Assembly (NCBI GenBank): GCA_965112735.1 | Contig: OZ218962.1 | Span: 1,984,001-2,048,000, forward strand | From: Phaeosaccion multiseriatum | Lineage: Eukaryota; Protista; Ochrophyta, other classes | Direction of reading: 5' to 3' | DNA length: 64,000 bases | Shown: positions 1-15,300 of the stretch, one piece after another | Numbering within the stretch: the first letter of the stretch is position 1 | Layout: every line of letters begins with the position of its first letter | The notes under the pieces: generated by a model | What the model saw: only the letters and a program-made list of their open reading frames with translations | Database searches by the model: none | Told to the model about the DNA's origin: nothing | Program-made: the position numbers and the translations under genes

Positions 1-2563
1 CGCGCTGCTCAACATGGCCTCACCTGAGGACAGCGAAATGAGGGGAATCTTCACGCCTCTTTTCCAGCACGCCTTCAGCGCCGATGGGGCCGCCTACGAG
101 GTGAGAGGGGTATATATATATATATAATATGTATATATTACTTCGAAGTATATATTATATATACAGGGGGGGGTAATCAGAGAGGGTCACATATGCCTCC
201 TTTACCCCATTCACATTGTTTCGCATTCCGCACTGTCTTCATCTACACCTTGCCGTCAGCAGATTGGGTTTTCTTCCCAAATCTACTGTCCTTGATCCCT
301 TTTGTGACTCTTCTACTTCCCTTCCCCTCCCCCCTTTAGGTGCTACGTGGCAAGCATCTTGATGCCGTAGTCTTCTCTCACGAGGTTGTGCAGGCCTCAC
401 GCTCTCTCGCACACCTCACAGTGGACCTCCTACGCAGATGCGTCGGACATGCAAAGCACGCCTTCTCACGCTACGCGGACCACCCTCACCCTCATCCTCG
501 CGCTGCGGCTACAAGCAGTCGTCGTCTTCCTTCTCTCTTTGCTGTCGAGAATGGCAATTTCTGCTTCGGCTCTTCACAAATGGCGGCATCGCTGCTGCAG
601 TTCAACATGCCAACCCTTATGCGCTTCCTGCAGGTGAGCGCATGGCGTATGCCTCCAACCTGTCTCCTCGTATGCCTCCAATCTGTCTCCTCGTGTTCCT
701 CTAATCTGTCTCCTCGTGTGCCTCCAATCTCTCTCCTCGTATGCCTCCAATCTGTCTCCTCGTGTGCCTCTAATCTGTCTCCTCGTGTGCCTCCAATCTC
801 TCTCCTCGTATGCCTCTAATCTCTCCTTTCCTGCCCATATGCCTGTCTGAAGGTGTTCACTGTTCTGCAGCCGGAGTTCGTGCCGACCCCTCTGTCACTC
901 GCCAGACTTTGGTGCCATGAGGTGCGCTGGTTGGTGTATAGCGTGCTCACTCACTCACTCACTCACTCACTCACTCACTCAATCCCTCACTCACTCACTC
1001 ACTCACTCACTCACTCACTCACTCACTCACTCACTCACTCACTCACTCACTCACTCACTCACTCACTCACTCACTCACTCACTTACTCACTCACTCACTC
1101 ACTCACTCACTCACTCACTCACTCACTCACTCACTCACTCACTCACTCACGCACTCACTCGCTCACTCACTCACTCACTCACTCACTCACTCACTCACGC
1201 ACTCACTCACGCACTCACGCACGCACTCACTCACGCACTCACTCACTCACTCACTCACTCACTCACTCACTCACTCACTCACTCACTCACTCACTCACTC
1301 GCTCACTCACTCACTCACTCACTCACTCACTCACTCACTCACGCACTCACGCACTCACGCACTCACTCACTCACTCGCTCACTCACTCACTCACTCACTC
1401 ACTCACTCACTCACTCACTCACTCACTCACTCACTCACTCACTCACTCACTCACTCACTCACTCACTCACTCACTCACTCACTCACGCACTCACGCACTC
1501 ACTCACTCACTCACTCACTCACTCACTCACTCACTCACTCACTCACTCACTCACTCACTCACTCACTCACGCACTCACTCACTCACTCACTCACTCACTC
1601 ACTCACTCACTCGCTCACACTTCACTCACTCACTCACTCACTCACTCACTCACTCACTCACTCACTCACTCACTCACTCACTCACTCACTCACTCACTCA
1701 CTCACTCGCTCACTCACTGCCTTGACACCCACTCGCTAACCCACCCTCTCTCTCCCTTCCTTCCTCCCTCCCCCTCTCCCTCCCTCCTCCCCCACCCCCC
1801 CCTTCCCTCCCCTCCCTCCGTATCACCAAAAGGTCATGAAAGAGTTCGTGGATCCTCTCGGCCAAGTGTCGCGTGTGTACCAGAGCGCCGCCATGGCCGA
1901 TCTCATCGACACCATCGCAAAGAACAGCACCGCCCTACACCTCGGCGTCCATGAGGAAAAAAAGCTGATCCAATCTCTGCGATCGAGTAGCCGCACCGCA
2001 GAGACGGGCAACACTAGTGAGGATCGTGACAACGATATTGACATCTGTCCATTCATCTGCACCAACACCAAGGGCATGTTGGATGTGCTCGTGGTGAAGG
2101 GGGACATGAACAACCCGGAGCTGAAGAAGTGTAAGGCCAAGCAAGGACAGGCGAAGAAGGCAAATGAGGCCAAGGAGGCAAGAGAGGGCAGCAGCAAGAG
2201 CGGCCGCCTGTTCGGGATAGCAGCAACAGCAGCAGCAGCAGGAGGAGGAGGAGGAGGAGGAGGAGGTGGTGGGGGAGAAGAAGGAGGGGAACGCGCTGTG
2301 TCCGTACTAAAGTCCTTATTGAGAAGCAGCAAGAAGGTCCGAGCGTCCGCCGAAGGAGAAGGAGAAGGAGAACAAGAAGAAGAAGAAGAAGAAGAAGGAG
2401 GAGGAGGAGGAGAAGGGGGTGAGGCCAAGGTCGGAGCCCCCCTGGCGTTGATGCTGTCGCAACTCTCGAGGCAAAGGAGCACGGACAGGTGGATGCCGAG
2501 GCACTGCTTCCCTGCCGACGAGGAAGGATTTCGGAGGGCGCAGGACGCCGTCAGGTGTGTGTG

Positions 2564-2601
<38 letters not shown>

Positions 2602-2890
2602 TGTGTGTGTGTGTGTGTGTGAATGAGTGAGTTACTGTGTGCGTGTGTATGTTTGTGCGTTTGCGCGTTTGTGTGCGTGTGTTGGGTAAGTAGCCACGTG
2701 CGTTGTGCGTGCGTGTGTTGTGTGTTGGGTAAGTAGGCACGTGTGCGGCAACTAGCAGGACCCCCCTCCTTCCCATCTCCTCCCACTCTTCCTGTGGCTG
2801 TCTGTCTTCTTTCCCGACACCTCCTGTGTCTGCGGTTGTGTCAGTATGCGCTAACTCCCCTTTCTCTGGCACATGTTGTTTCTTTGTTTG

Positions 2891-2928
<38 letters not shown>

Positions 2929-5008
2929 TCTCTCTATCCCTCTCTCCCTCTCTCTCTCTCCCTCTTCCCCCCCCTCTCTCCCTCTCCGACACCAGGTATC
3001 AAGAGGTGTCCTCTTTCGAAGACGAGCAATGCCTTCAAGACTCTCAGGTTGGTCCACAAGTCATTTCCTCGGGCCGCAAGTCAATGAAGCACACATGTGT
3101 AGAGAGGGACAGAGATACATAAATTGATAGATAGATTGTTGGATAGACGGGTAGGTGGGTGAGTAGGTGCGTGGGTGGGTGAGTAGGTGTATGTGTGTGT
3201 GGCTGAGTAGGTCTGTGTGTGGGTGGGCGAGTAGGTGTGTGTGTTTGTTGGTGAGTGCGTGACTAGGTGCGCGTGTGGGTGGGTGAGTAGGTGGGTAAGT
3301 AGGTGAGTTGAGGCCCCCCTCCTCCTCATGAAATGTATTAAACACCTTGCCCTCACCACTCACCCACACACTCACAACCCCACCCATCCACTGGCTTAAT
3401 GTCCACCCAACCATTGTCATACTCCACCACACCCACCCCTGTATCACCAACACCCGCAGTTCAAAGCCAAGATGCTTATCGTCGACGGTTTCTGCATCTC
3501 AAGTCGAGACTTATACGGCCTTCGCTCCTTACGTAAGGCTATGGAGCTGGCGACGGCGTTGTACCACATCCCCTGGCCCAATCGAAAGCCCACCCTCGGC
3601 TTGGGGCACACCGACGCTGAATCACCAACGGGTGGTGCTTCGCTATTGACCGTCGCCAGCGCGAGTGGCACAGGTCGAGCCCTGCTCACCAAGCCCGATG
3701 TGGTCAATGTTTGTCAGTTCAGTCGTCTGCTGAGCCTGCCAGGTGGGTACCGGGCATACAGGCATACAGGCATACAGGCATACAGGCATACGACATATAA
3801 TAGAGCACATGGGGGGGTTGTATCTTGTTGCTCTGGCTTGGCTGCAGACATGAGTGCGTGCTTTGAGTGGTGCTTTTATGTGTACATACATTATATATTC
3901 TCCATTGTATATATATACTATATATTGCATTGTCGGCCTTTCATGCACTCTACTTGGCCGCTTGCCTGCGCACACTTACCTCCCCTCCCCTCCACCTCCA
4001 CTCCACCGCCTCACTCAACTCAACTCAACTCACAGGCTGGCAGCGCCATGCGGTGGTAGTGTGCGGAGACAGAGGTGTATCGGGTGCCCAGGGAGCCATC
4101 CTGCCATCTCTCGAGCTCGCCACAGCAATGTTGCACAAACGCACGGGACGGGTGACGCACGTGAAGGGCGGCCTCGGGAAGGTACGTACGTACGTACGTA
4201 CGTACGTACGTAAAGTGGCGTCAGGCAGTGACGTCAGTAGATGACGTTAGCGCCGGTCAGATCAGCCCGTCAGTGAATACTGAAAACAGAAGCAAGGGGA
4301 AGGAACCCTTTTTGAAACTGAAACTGAACATCTCTACCCTGCCTCACAAACTGCAATTGCAAACTGCCTGCCCACGCAACAGATTCGAGACCGCATCGAG
4401 CGGAACAGCGGCAACGAAGCACCAACTAGCGAGGGTGGGGGCTCACAACTGGTGAAGGCTCTGCGGGAAGCCATCCTGAGGTGTCTGGGACTAGGCCTGG
4501 GAGACACCACACAGAGCCCTGAGGAGCTTCTCCGAGACGGAGTGGCGGGCGCTCCAGCGAAGGAGGGCAAGCAGGCAGGGGCCAACAAGCAAGCTAGAGG
4601 AGGAGGAGGAGGAGGAGGAGGAGGAGGAGGGGATAGAGACGGAGGAGGAAGAGATGGAGAGCAAGCAGGGGAGAAGAACCAGCCGCAGCAACAGCAGCAG
4701 CAGCAACCGCAGCCGCAGCAGGCGGGGAAGGAGGACAGCCAAAAGAAGAAGAACGAGCAGCAGCGAGGCGGCCGCTCCTCCTCCTGTTGTGTATGCAACG
4801 TGGTTCCCACCCAGCACGTTGTCTTTATCTCCAGCGCCGCCCAGTGCCTGGGGGGGACGCCTTCAGGCTTCTCCCACCGCGTCTTGGGTGACTTACTGCA
4901 GGGGGAGGGAGGCATCGGAGATCTCTTTAGCCCCGCAGAGCTTGTGTGGCTGGGCGCCTCGGAGGTACTAGGTACGTAATATTATGTTTATGCTATGGCA
5001 TGTCGTGT

Positions 5009-5059
<51 letters not shown>

Positions 5060-7306
5060 ACTCATCGACTCTGACTTCCCATGTACGATATGGCCTCCCC
5101 TGTGCAACGCACGTCCCTCCCGCCCTCGCTCGCTCCTTCCCTCCCTCCTTCCCTCCCTACCTCCCTCCCTCCCTCCCTCCCTCCCTCCCTCCCTCCCTCC
5201 CTCCCTCCCTCCCTCCCTCCCTCCCTCCCTCCCTCCCTCCCTCCCTCCCTCCCTCCCTCCCTCCCTCCCTCCCTCCCTCCGTCCTTCCACCCTCCCTCCC
5301 TCCCTCCCTCCCTCCCTTTCTTTTTTCGTCTCTCTCTACCCCTCCCCTCCCGTCAGATCTCTCCCACACTTCGGCAAACGTCAACCAAGGAGAAGGTTTA
5401 GAGGGGGAAGATGCAGCACCAGCACCAGGAGGAGGAGGAGCAGGAGGAGGAGGAGGAGGAGGAGGAGGAGGAGGAGGAGGAGGAGGAGGAGGAGCAGGAG
5501 CAGGAGGAGGAGGAGGAGGAGGAGGAGGAGGAGGAGGAGGAGGAGGAGGAGGAGGAGGAGGAGGAGGAGGAGGAGGAGGCAGCAGCAGCAGCAAAAGCAG
5601 GACTCGGGGGGAGGAAGGAGGTCTTCTGCCCACAGGTACGTAAGGAAGTACGTAAGGAAGTACGTAAGGAAGTACGTAAGGAAGTACGTAAGGAAGTACG
5701 TAAGCTTACGTAGGCTACGTTCGGTGAGGTGCAAGAAGGAAGATGTAAGATTCAATCGACGGGCGGAAAAGAAGAGAGTGGTTGATACCCACCATTCGGC
5801 GGAATATCGTATAGCCTTTCGACGGAATAGCATAGGGCGGAAAGTATTCGGGGCGGCATGTGAAGTCGATTGGTTACCCCCACCCCCACCCCCACCCCAA
5901 TCATAATCTGCCCCCTCCCCCCCCCCCTGCAGGCCTGGCTGTGGACTTTGCAACTCGTCGCCTGGTGTCTGTTGTCCGGGCCTCCCTCGTGTTGGTGCTT
6001 TGCATGACACAGACCGAGTACGAGCAGCGGTGTCGGTGGAGAGGAGTGAGGGCGTGCAGGACACTCTGGCCGAGGCGGTGGGGGCTGCACGCCTTGGATA
6101 GTGTGACGCAAGCGGCCTTGTGCAAACATCGCAACAACGATGAGCTCAGCCTCCTGAAGAAGACAGGTGACGGGGTGACGGGGTGATGGGGTGGTGGGGT
6201 GATGAAGTGATGGGGTGATGAAGTGATGGGGTGATGAAGTGATGGGGTGATGAAGTGATGGGGTGATGAAGTGATGGGGTGATGAGGTGATGGGGTGATG
6301 GGGGTGATGGGGCGAGGGGTAGTCCATGACAAGGAGGGGCGGATGTGTCTATCTATACGATGGGCATCGATGGAAGCGGATGGGGCGTTCTCTCATTACA
6401 GAGAAGGTGTCCTGTATTAAGCACTCCCTCCCTCCCTCCCTCCCTCCCTGCCGCCCTCCCTCCCTCCCTCCCTCCCTCCCTCCCTCCCTCCCTCCCTCCC
6501 TCCCTCCCTCCCTCCCTCCAGGCCGCAGCCATGTCCATCTAGTGGGGCTTCTGCTGCACAGCCGCTTCATGAGCACGGTCAAGGGTGCGGCTATCAACGA
6601 GTCTCTGCCCCCACCCGGGATGGAGGCGAGTATGTCTGTCTGTCTGTCTGTCTGTCTATCTGCCCTGCCCAAATATTCTTCAACCTACCTGTCCGTATGC
6701 CTCAATCTGTCTTTCTGTCTTTCGGAGTCTCATGATACATACACCACTCACAGAAAAAATGAAGTACTTCTATTCTTGTTTTCTTTATTTTGTTGTCTCC
6801 CCTTTTCTTCTCTCTCTCTCTTTCTAACCTAACGCTCTGTACCACCAACTACACCACTCACAGAAGGACATCACGGCCCTCTTCGATGTATTCATGGCCG
6901 AGGCTTCTCTCGGACTTGCCCCTGCTTACGTCAAGGCCCAGGCATGTGCACAGCAATGTGTCTCACTCTTTAATCTCCAGGAGCAGCAGCAGCAGCAGCA
7001 GCAGTTGGTGATACATCAGCAGGGCACTGGCAGTTGTAGTGCGAGTAGCCGCAGCAGTGGCGGGGGCAGGATTGACTCCTTTGTGGGTGTGACGGAGGCC
7101 GTTGCGTTGCTGAGGCACATTTGCCGCCTTGCTGCGAGGAGGATCGTGACGAGGAGCAGAGTACTAAACGAAGCAAAGGAAACGGCGCGGAGGTGGGGGG
7201 TCAAGAGCAAGAAACAGCTCGCAGCACAGGTGAGTTGGAATTTAAGTGTACCGGCAGGCATCAGCCTAACAATTATGTAACTGTGTATGTTTGTGTGGTT
7301 GTGTGG

Positions 7307-7359
<53 letters not shown>

Positions 7360-7383
7360 TGTGTGTGTATGTGTGTGTACGAG

Positions 7384-7435
<52 letters not shown>

Positions 7436-8626
7436 ACGCAGGTGAGTTGTGGAGGTTGGAGGGTAGAGTTGGAGTTTTAGTTTTGCAAGTGATTGGGTTG
7501 GGGAGTTAGGACTGAGAAGCAAGGAGAACGGAGGGGAAGGGGTCTCGATAGTCGGGTCTCAGTTTGAGTTTGAGTTCGGGTTAAACACATTTCATCCACT
7601 GCCATCCATTGTCACAGCCTCAAACTATCCATCCTCTACCGTCGCCTCCAGCCATCCATCCCCTGACAACCATCCACTGCCATCCACCCACTGCCATCCA
7701 TCCATCCCCTACTATACACCTATCCCCTGACAACCATCCACTGCCATCCACCCACTCCCATCCATCCATGCCCTACTATACACCCATCCCCTGCCATCCA
7801 CCCACTGCCATCCATCCATCCCCTACTATACACCCATCCCCTACCATCCATCCACAGCTGGACAGCCTGAAGTTTGTCCTTGAGGATATGGACGTTGAGA
7901 TGTGCACCAAGAAGAGCGCTTACGGAGAGCTAACAAGCCGCAGGGGCGAGCTAGCGGCGCGCTTCGACGCAGAGAGAGAGGAACTCGATAGGGCCGACGC
8001 TGGCATCAATGCGTGCAGAAGGTGGGTAGGTGGTGGTACGCCACCAGCTGTGAGTGAGTGTCGAGTCCTATGGTGCTATGTTCTCCTCCGCGCGGGCTGC
8101 TCTACCTTTGGTTAAACGCTTACTCTGCTCATCCTGCCTGCCGCTTTACTGACCGTTTGCTTGGCCCTGTGCATGTGTCTCTCTCTCTCTCTTCCATGTG
8201 TGTGTATGTGTGTGTGTGTGTGTGCGTGCGTGTGTTTTGTGTATTTCCACTCTCTCCCTTTTCATGTGTGTATGCTGTGTGTGTGTGTGTGTGCGAATCA
8301 CCAACAGCTCCATCTCGGACCAGCAGCGGGCGGCACGCATTAGACTACAGGAGGCCGCAGAGGCTCTACAGAGACTCAGCGACGCCGACTTTGAAGTCAT
8401 CAGCAAGCTGGTAAGAGAGGGATGGCAGTGGATGGATGGCAGTGGATTGATGGTAGTGAGTGGATGGCAGTGAGTGGATGGTAGTAAAGAGATGGCAATG
8501 GAAGATCAGCGCTCAGTGACGCGGGGATTCTGAAGTCATCCACAAGGCGAAAGTGCATAGACGGCAGTGGATGGCAGTGGATGGCAGTGGATGGCAGTGG
8601 ATGGCAGGCGGTGCATGGTGCTTGCT

Positions 8627-8666
<40 letters not shown>

Positions 8667-8936
8667 CCTCGCTCTCTGTCTCTCTCTCTCTGTCTCTCTC
8701 TCTCTCTCCCTCTCTCTCTCTCTCTGTCTCTCTCTCTCTGTCTCTCCCTCTCCCCCCCCCCCCCCCCTCTCTCTCTCTCCCTCCGGGCGGGCGTTATCCA
8801 CATGCAGTGCCTTGGAACCAATACCCTCCATCAAAACACAGAGCAACAACCATCCCAGAGCAGAAACCAACAAGCATCCCAGAGCAGCAGCCACAAAACC
8901 TCTCTCCGCCTCTCGTCCAGACTCGCCCCACCACCC

Positions 8937-8982
<46 letters not shown>

Positions 8983-9324
8983 GCCAGTCCTCCAAGAGGA
9001 AAGGCCAGGGCAACAACCGCAGCTCCCAAGACTCCGGCGAGGGCTTTACCCTGAACGAGGAAGAAGCCTTCATCATTGAAGCCCTTGCCGTGGTACTGGG
9101 CCGCTTGCTCGCCTTCCCGGTTCCCTCGAATGAGTGGATGATGACGGGCCTCGCAGATCGGGCAGGTCAGTCATTCTCCCCTCAAATGAGTCTCTGCTGC
9201 TACACACCTTTCCATATTGCTCTATCTGTTTGTCTGTCTGCCCATATGCCTCTATCTGTATGTCTATCTGTCTGCGTGTCTGTCTGTCTGTCTGTCTGCC
9301 TGTCTGCCTGTCTGTCTCTCTCTC

Positions 9325-9378
<54 letters not shown>

Positions 9379-12300
9379 AGTTCTGTCTGTCTGTCTGTCG
9401 GTCTGTCTGCCTGTATCCGTCTCTCTTCTCTGTCTCTCCAGCAGCACTCCCAACCCTGCTCTCGCTTCCACACACACCTGCACACACACACACACACACG
9501 CGCGCGCGCCCACATCACACACACACACGCGTTGGTGACACACAGGCAAAGCCATCCGCATCATGCTGCTGGACCCCTCCCTGGTGAAGAAGATTATGGA
9601 CTTCAAGCCTGTTCTCGTGGCGGAGGGAATGGACGAGGATGATCAGGTAAACTCTGCCTTCAGACCAGTTGGTACTTCAGCAGCAACAGCACTCGCAGGG
9701 TCACAAACGACGGGAGCAGCAGCAGCAGCAGCAGGAGAAGGAGCGACCACCACTCAAACCCAAACTCAGACGCATCCTCCCCTGAGGTACAATGGGGGGG
9801 CCCAAGTCTTGCTGGATAAGCTTGAAGAGGTTTCTGAGTCGAGAGGCTTGCAACTCATCCCGAGCACTGGGGAGGAGTTTGGGTGGTACGAGGATGAAGA
9901 TCGGTTGGTGCTACAACGGCGGCAGGAGGAAGAGCAAAAGTTGGTGGTACAGCAGGGGGGAGTGGGGGCGGCGGCGCCGGCAGCGGCAGTCGGGGTCGAT
10001 AAAGAAGGTGTAAGTTGTCCTACTGGAGAGGAGGGAGAAGGAGCCACCACTGCAGCACCACTTGAGACAGCAGCAGAAGGAGCAGCAGGAGGAGGAGCAG
10101 GAGCAGGAGCAGCAGGAGGAGCAGGGGGCTCGCCATCGAGCGGGCCTTCTCCACCCTTGGGATTGAGTGGGTCCCCCCCCCCCCCCAAGCCCGCAAGGCC
10201 CCCGTCAAGAAAAGTTGCACTGTCGAACTCGCGCAGCACTTAGCACCGGAGCTACTTGACGAGCTAAGGAGGTGTGAGCGTCAGGCCATGGACACCTCAG
10301 CGGTGATGCAGTGGGGGGCAGGGGTGCCGCTGGACAACATCAAGAGTCGCTGCCGAGCACTGGGCCTGCTCACAGAGGTGAGGAGAGGATTCCTCGACCA
10401 CTCCCACCCGCTCCCTCCCTCCACTCCGTGTCCCCCTCCACTGCCATCCACTGCCATCCACAGCCACCCCGCCCTCCCGCTCTGCCTTCCACATCCACTA
10501 CCATCCTCTTTGCTGACCCTCGTCCGACGGCGACCTATCGTGTCCACATCCGCTGCCATCCTCATCGCTACGTTTGTGTGTGTGTGTGTGTCTGTTTGTG
10601 TGTGTGTGTGTGTGTGGACGTGTTTGCACGTGCGTGTGCGTGTGCATGCGTGTATGTGGACGTGTTTGCACGTGCGTGCGTGTGCATGCGTGTGTGTGGG
10701 GCGTATGCGTATGCATGTGCGTGCGTGCGTAATGCAGTGGATCCTGGCGCTCGTGAATTTCCTAGAGGTCGGGCGGTGCTGTCAATCCGCCCTGCGCTCG
10801 CTACAGCCCACGGTCGTCGAGTCGCAACGGTGAGAGGGAGAGGCGGGGGTGAAGATGAAGGAGGGGGAAGGGAATGGCCCTCAGTTTCAGTTTCCATTTG
10901 GGGCTCTGACTTCGCCACCCTACAAACCCCATCCACTGCCATCCTGCCACCCACCGCCACCCCCGACCCCCACCATCACCCCCATCCACTACTATCCCGC
11001 CCTCCACCGCCCTCATCACTCACACTACATTATTCTTTGCTGCTCGGGGTGTGTGTGTGTGTGTGCGTGCATGCATGTGTGTGTATGTGCGTGTGCGTGT
11101 GTGCGTTTTGTGTGTGCGTGAGTAGCAAAATGGCGGACATCCATCAGCGAGAGAAGGCCGAGCTGGGGGCCATCGACAACGAAATGAAGCAATTCGCCAG
11201 GAATAGGTGAGGGAGTTGGTCATACAGAGGGAGGGGAGGGAGGGGAGGGGGACAGAAGGCCATATATACACATATATATACATATATATATTACACACCC
11301 CAACCAACCCCCCCCCACACACCCACACCATCCCCCCCCCCCCCCCCTCCCCTCTCCCTCCCAAGAGCGGCGCTGACGACGAAGCAGACGGAGAGCAGGG
11401 ATCGTCTGCATAAGCTCCGGTGGATCGAACACCTCGGGCCATCTGTGAAGTACGCCCTTCTCGGCTGCTCGCAGGAGCTTCTGGATCTGGAGGCAAGTAG
11501 ATGGAGTTGGGGGGGGGGGGGAGGGCTTGTATCCCAGTCAGTCACAGATGCACCCACCCTCTGTCCTGACACCCACACACCCACCCTCTTTCCTGACACC
11601 CACCCATCCACCCTCTGTCCTGACACCCACCCACCCTCTGTCCTGACACCCACCCATCCACCCTCTTTCCTGACACCTACCCACCCACCCTCTGTCCTGA
11701 CACCCACACACCCACCCTCTGTCCTGACACCCATCCATCCACCCTCTGTCCTGACACCTACCCACCCACCCTCTGTCCTGACACCCACCCACCTACCCTC
11801 TGTCCTGACACCCACACACCCACCCTCTGTCCTGACACCTACACACCCACCCTCTGTCCTGACACCCACCCATCCACCCTCTTTCCTGACACCTACCCAC
11901 CCACCCTCTGTCCTGACACCCACACACCCACCCTCTGTCCTGACACCCACCCATCCACCCTCTGTCCTGACACCTACCCACCCACCCTCTGTCCTGACAC
12001 CCACCCACCTACCCTCTGTCCTGACACCCACACACCCACCCTCTGTCCTGACACCTACCCACCCACCCTCTGTCCTGACACCCACCCATCCACCCTCTGT
12101 CCTGACACCTACCCACCCACCCTCTGTCCTGACACCCACCCACCTACCCTCTGTCCTGACACCCACACACCCACCCTCTGTCCTGACACCCACCCACCCA
12201 CCCTCTGTCCTGACACCCACCCATCCACCCTCTGTCCTGACACCCACACACCCACCCTCTGTCCTGACACCCACCCATCCACCCTCTGTCCTGACACCCA

Positions 12301-15300
12301 CACACCTACCCTCTGTCTTGACACCCACCCACCCACCCTCTGTCCTGACACCCACACACCCACCCTCTGTCCTGACACCCACCCACCTACCCTCTGTCCT
12401 GACACCTACACACCCACCCTCTGTCCTGACACCACTCAGGGTGTGGCCCAGTCGCTGGCGGGAGATGCTGTGTGTCTTAGTGTGGTCACCATTGTCGCGG
12501 CACATCATCCCCACCCCATAAGGGAGAGAGTCCTCCAAGCAGCCAGAGAGGCCGTTCGGAGTCAAGGGATGCAAGTCAGCCCCAGCAACAAGGACAGCAG
12601 CAGCTGCGGCACCAGCTTCGGAGGGAGTGGGAGAGAGAGAGTGAGAGGGGCTAGGAGGCGGGCAGGTGTAACGGCCGAAACGTCCGAAACGGCCGAAACG
12701 ACCGTAACGACCGTGTGGGGGCGGGATCACTTCGGGGATGTGTCCAGATTCGCGCTGGGGGACTTTGCGGCAGGAGTACTCACAAATGAAGCACAGGTAA
12801 GTAGGAGAGTTGGTGGTACAGTTGTAGGTGGTGGGGAGGCCAAGAAGGCAACCAAGCAAGCACCCATAACACGCACGCACGCACGCACGCACTCACTTAC
12901 GCACACACACGCGCACGTATCTGTATCCACCCACGATTGTCTCAGATGGAGGAGTGGAGTGCGGTGGAGGCGGGCTCCTCCCTTGCCGGAGGGGATGTGT
13001 CCGAAGGCGGAGAGTCATCGAGCTCGGACAGCGAGAGCAGTAGCGGGATCTCAGGTCAGTCAGTCAGTCCGTCTGTCCGTTTAGTACATCGGTGGTTGGC
13101 TGGTTGGTTGGTTGGTGGGTGGGTGGGAGAACAGTAAATTGGGCGCCTAACTGAATGGATGGGCAGCAACACGCACACGCACAGATAAGACAAGTAATTC
13201 CTTAACCCCCCTTCGACACCACCCGTACTGCTCTCACGTGGCAAAGCAGACGGAGGCTTGGCCGGAGAAGGAGGAGAAGAAGAACAAGAACAACAACAAG
13301 AACAAGAACAAGAAGAAGAAGAAGAACAACAACAACAACAACAACAACAAGAAGGAGGAGGAGGAGGAGGAGGAGGAGGAGGAGGAGGAGGAGGAGGAGG
13401 AGGAACAAGAACCGGGCGACTCAACCGCAGACGTAGTTCGGGCGCTGTCAGCACTCGTTCGCGCTCTCTTCTCAACGGACCGAGCAAGGGCCTGCCATGG
13501 CATCCCGCGTTTCTGGATGCGGCCTTGCTCACACTCGTAACGCCACAATGGCCGCTCCTGGTGGACCCCGATGACATTGCCCTGCGCTGGTTGTGTAAGG
13601 TGTATCCCCCGGTGGTGGTGGCCGCCGCGTCCGCCTCCCAGGGGGGTCGTACGTCACGCAGACCCCGGGGAGGAGGAGGAGGAGGAGGAGGAGGAGCAGG
13701 AGAAGGAGAAGGGAAAAGGGTTTCCGGGGGATCGGTTCAAGGAGTAGAAAGAGGCCAAGGAGGAGGAGGAGAAGAAGGAGAACCAGGAGGAGAGGGGGCG
13801 GGAGACGGATCAGGAGCAGGAGGAGTAGCAGGAGGAGGAGGAGGAGGAGGAGGAGGAGGAGGAGAAGGAGGGGTGGGGACGGGGACAAAGGGCTCACCCG
13901 GAGAAGGTGTAGGTGAGGGTAAGACAGTGTCGAGGCCAGGTAGCGGCTCAGGGGCAGGCTCAGCAGGGGCAGGGTCAGGTGTAGGATCTCAGGGCTCGAA
14001 GGAATCTCCTGCATTGATGCTTCGACCTCTCACACCAGCGAGCAAGACCACACGAAGTGTCATCCGGAGAGCTGTCGAGGTGAGTGGGAATGGCCACGTG
14101 GAAACCTACACCAGCACGCGTACGACTCTATCCGCAGCACTCCTTCCTTTGCGTTGCTTAGGGTTAGGGCTTTCCTCCTTTGTTTTGCTTTGCTTTGCTT
14201 TGCTTAGAGTTGGGGTTTTCCTCCTTTGCTTTGCTTTGCTTTGCCTTGCTTTGCTTTGCCTTGCTTTGTAGCTGCTTTGCTTTGCTTTGCTTGCTTAACT
14301 TGACGGCAAACGGCAGAGCAGTTAGTGAGTACTGCGCTTCTCGATTGGTTTTTAATTCGGCCCTCTCTCCCCCTCCTTCTCCCTCTCCCTCTCCCTCCCC
14401 CTCTCTCTCCCCCTCCCTCTCGCTTTCTTTCCCACTCTCTCTCCCCCCCCTTCCCTCCCCCCCCCCCCCATCTCTCTCTCCTCAGGAGGGATATGTGCTC
14501 GGAATCACAGATGTCGACGCCGGAGTACACCCAGACCTCCTCCTCTTCCTCGCCGGGGTTGCAGCGGTAAGGGGTGGAGGCGGCAGCGCCTCGCTTCGGA
14601 GGTCAAGAGGGGGAGAGGGTGGCTCTCCTGCAGGTTTCCGCATCGTGATGTTGACGAAGTCCTGGCCGCCCAATGCAGAAGGATCCTCGCTGCATCTGAC
14701 GGACAGCCCTGAGGTAAGGGAATTGACTGCCTTGTTTTGTTGCTGTATCCCCAACCTTTCTTTAAAAGCCTTGGGTGCGCTGCTGGCGTGGTTTGCCGTT
14801 CCAACCCTTATTACTTGCTTCTCTTCCTTCAATATATATAATTATATATATATATATATATATGTATGTTTCCAGTTGTTCTCTCCTCTCCTCTTCTCTC
14901 CTCTCCTCTCCTCTGTTCCTCTTCTCTCGCCCTCCCCACTTCCTCTCACCCCCCCCCCCCCCTTCCCTCCCCCTCCCCTTTCCCCTAGGCCATGGAGAAT
15001 GTGTCAGTCCTTCGCTTCGGTGGGAACGACACGCTCGGCCATAACGGCCATAACGCCTCCGGCATCGACAACCCCCAGGGCCTTGTCACAAGCAGCAGCA
15101 GCAGCAGTGGACAGCAGAAGCCGCAGCAGCAGCAGCAGCAGCAGCAGTTGGTGCTACAGCAGCGTGATGGGCCTGGGGGAACACAGCAAGCCCTCACATC
15201 ATCGACATTGTCGCCAGCTGTTGAATGGAGAGGAGAAGCGTTGGTTGCCGTCTCACCATCTGTGAACTCGCGCCATTGGCTGCCATCCCTTCAGCGAGAG

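Noticed and set aside
1820-1832. GTATCACCAAC as simply the branch-point consensus
   Set aside because: Some copies sit near acceptors, but many are exonic, antisense or next to donors (21611, 43381), so a branch-point role cannot explain the whole set.
853-1954. Long ORFs made of HSLT, PPSL, GGRE, DGWM, poly-[11 protein letters not shown] and similar repeats throughout the window
   Set aside because: They are translations of intronic micro/minisatellites that lack stops. Only short embedded segments are real exons.
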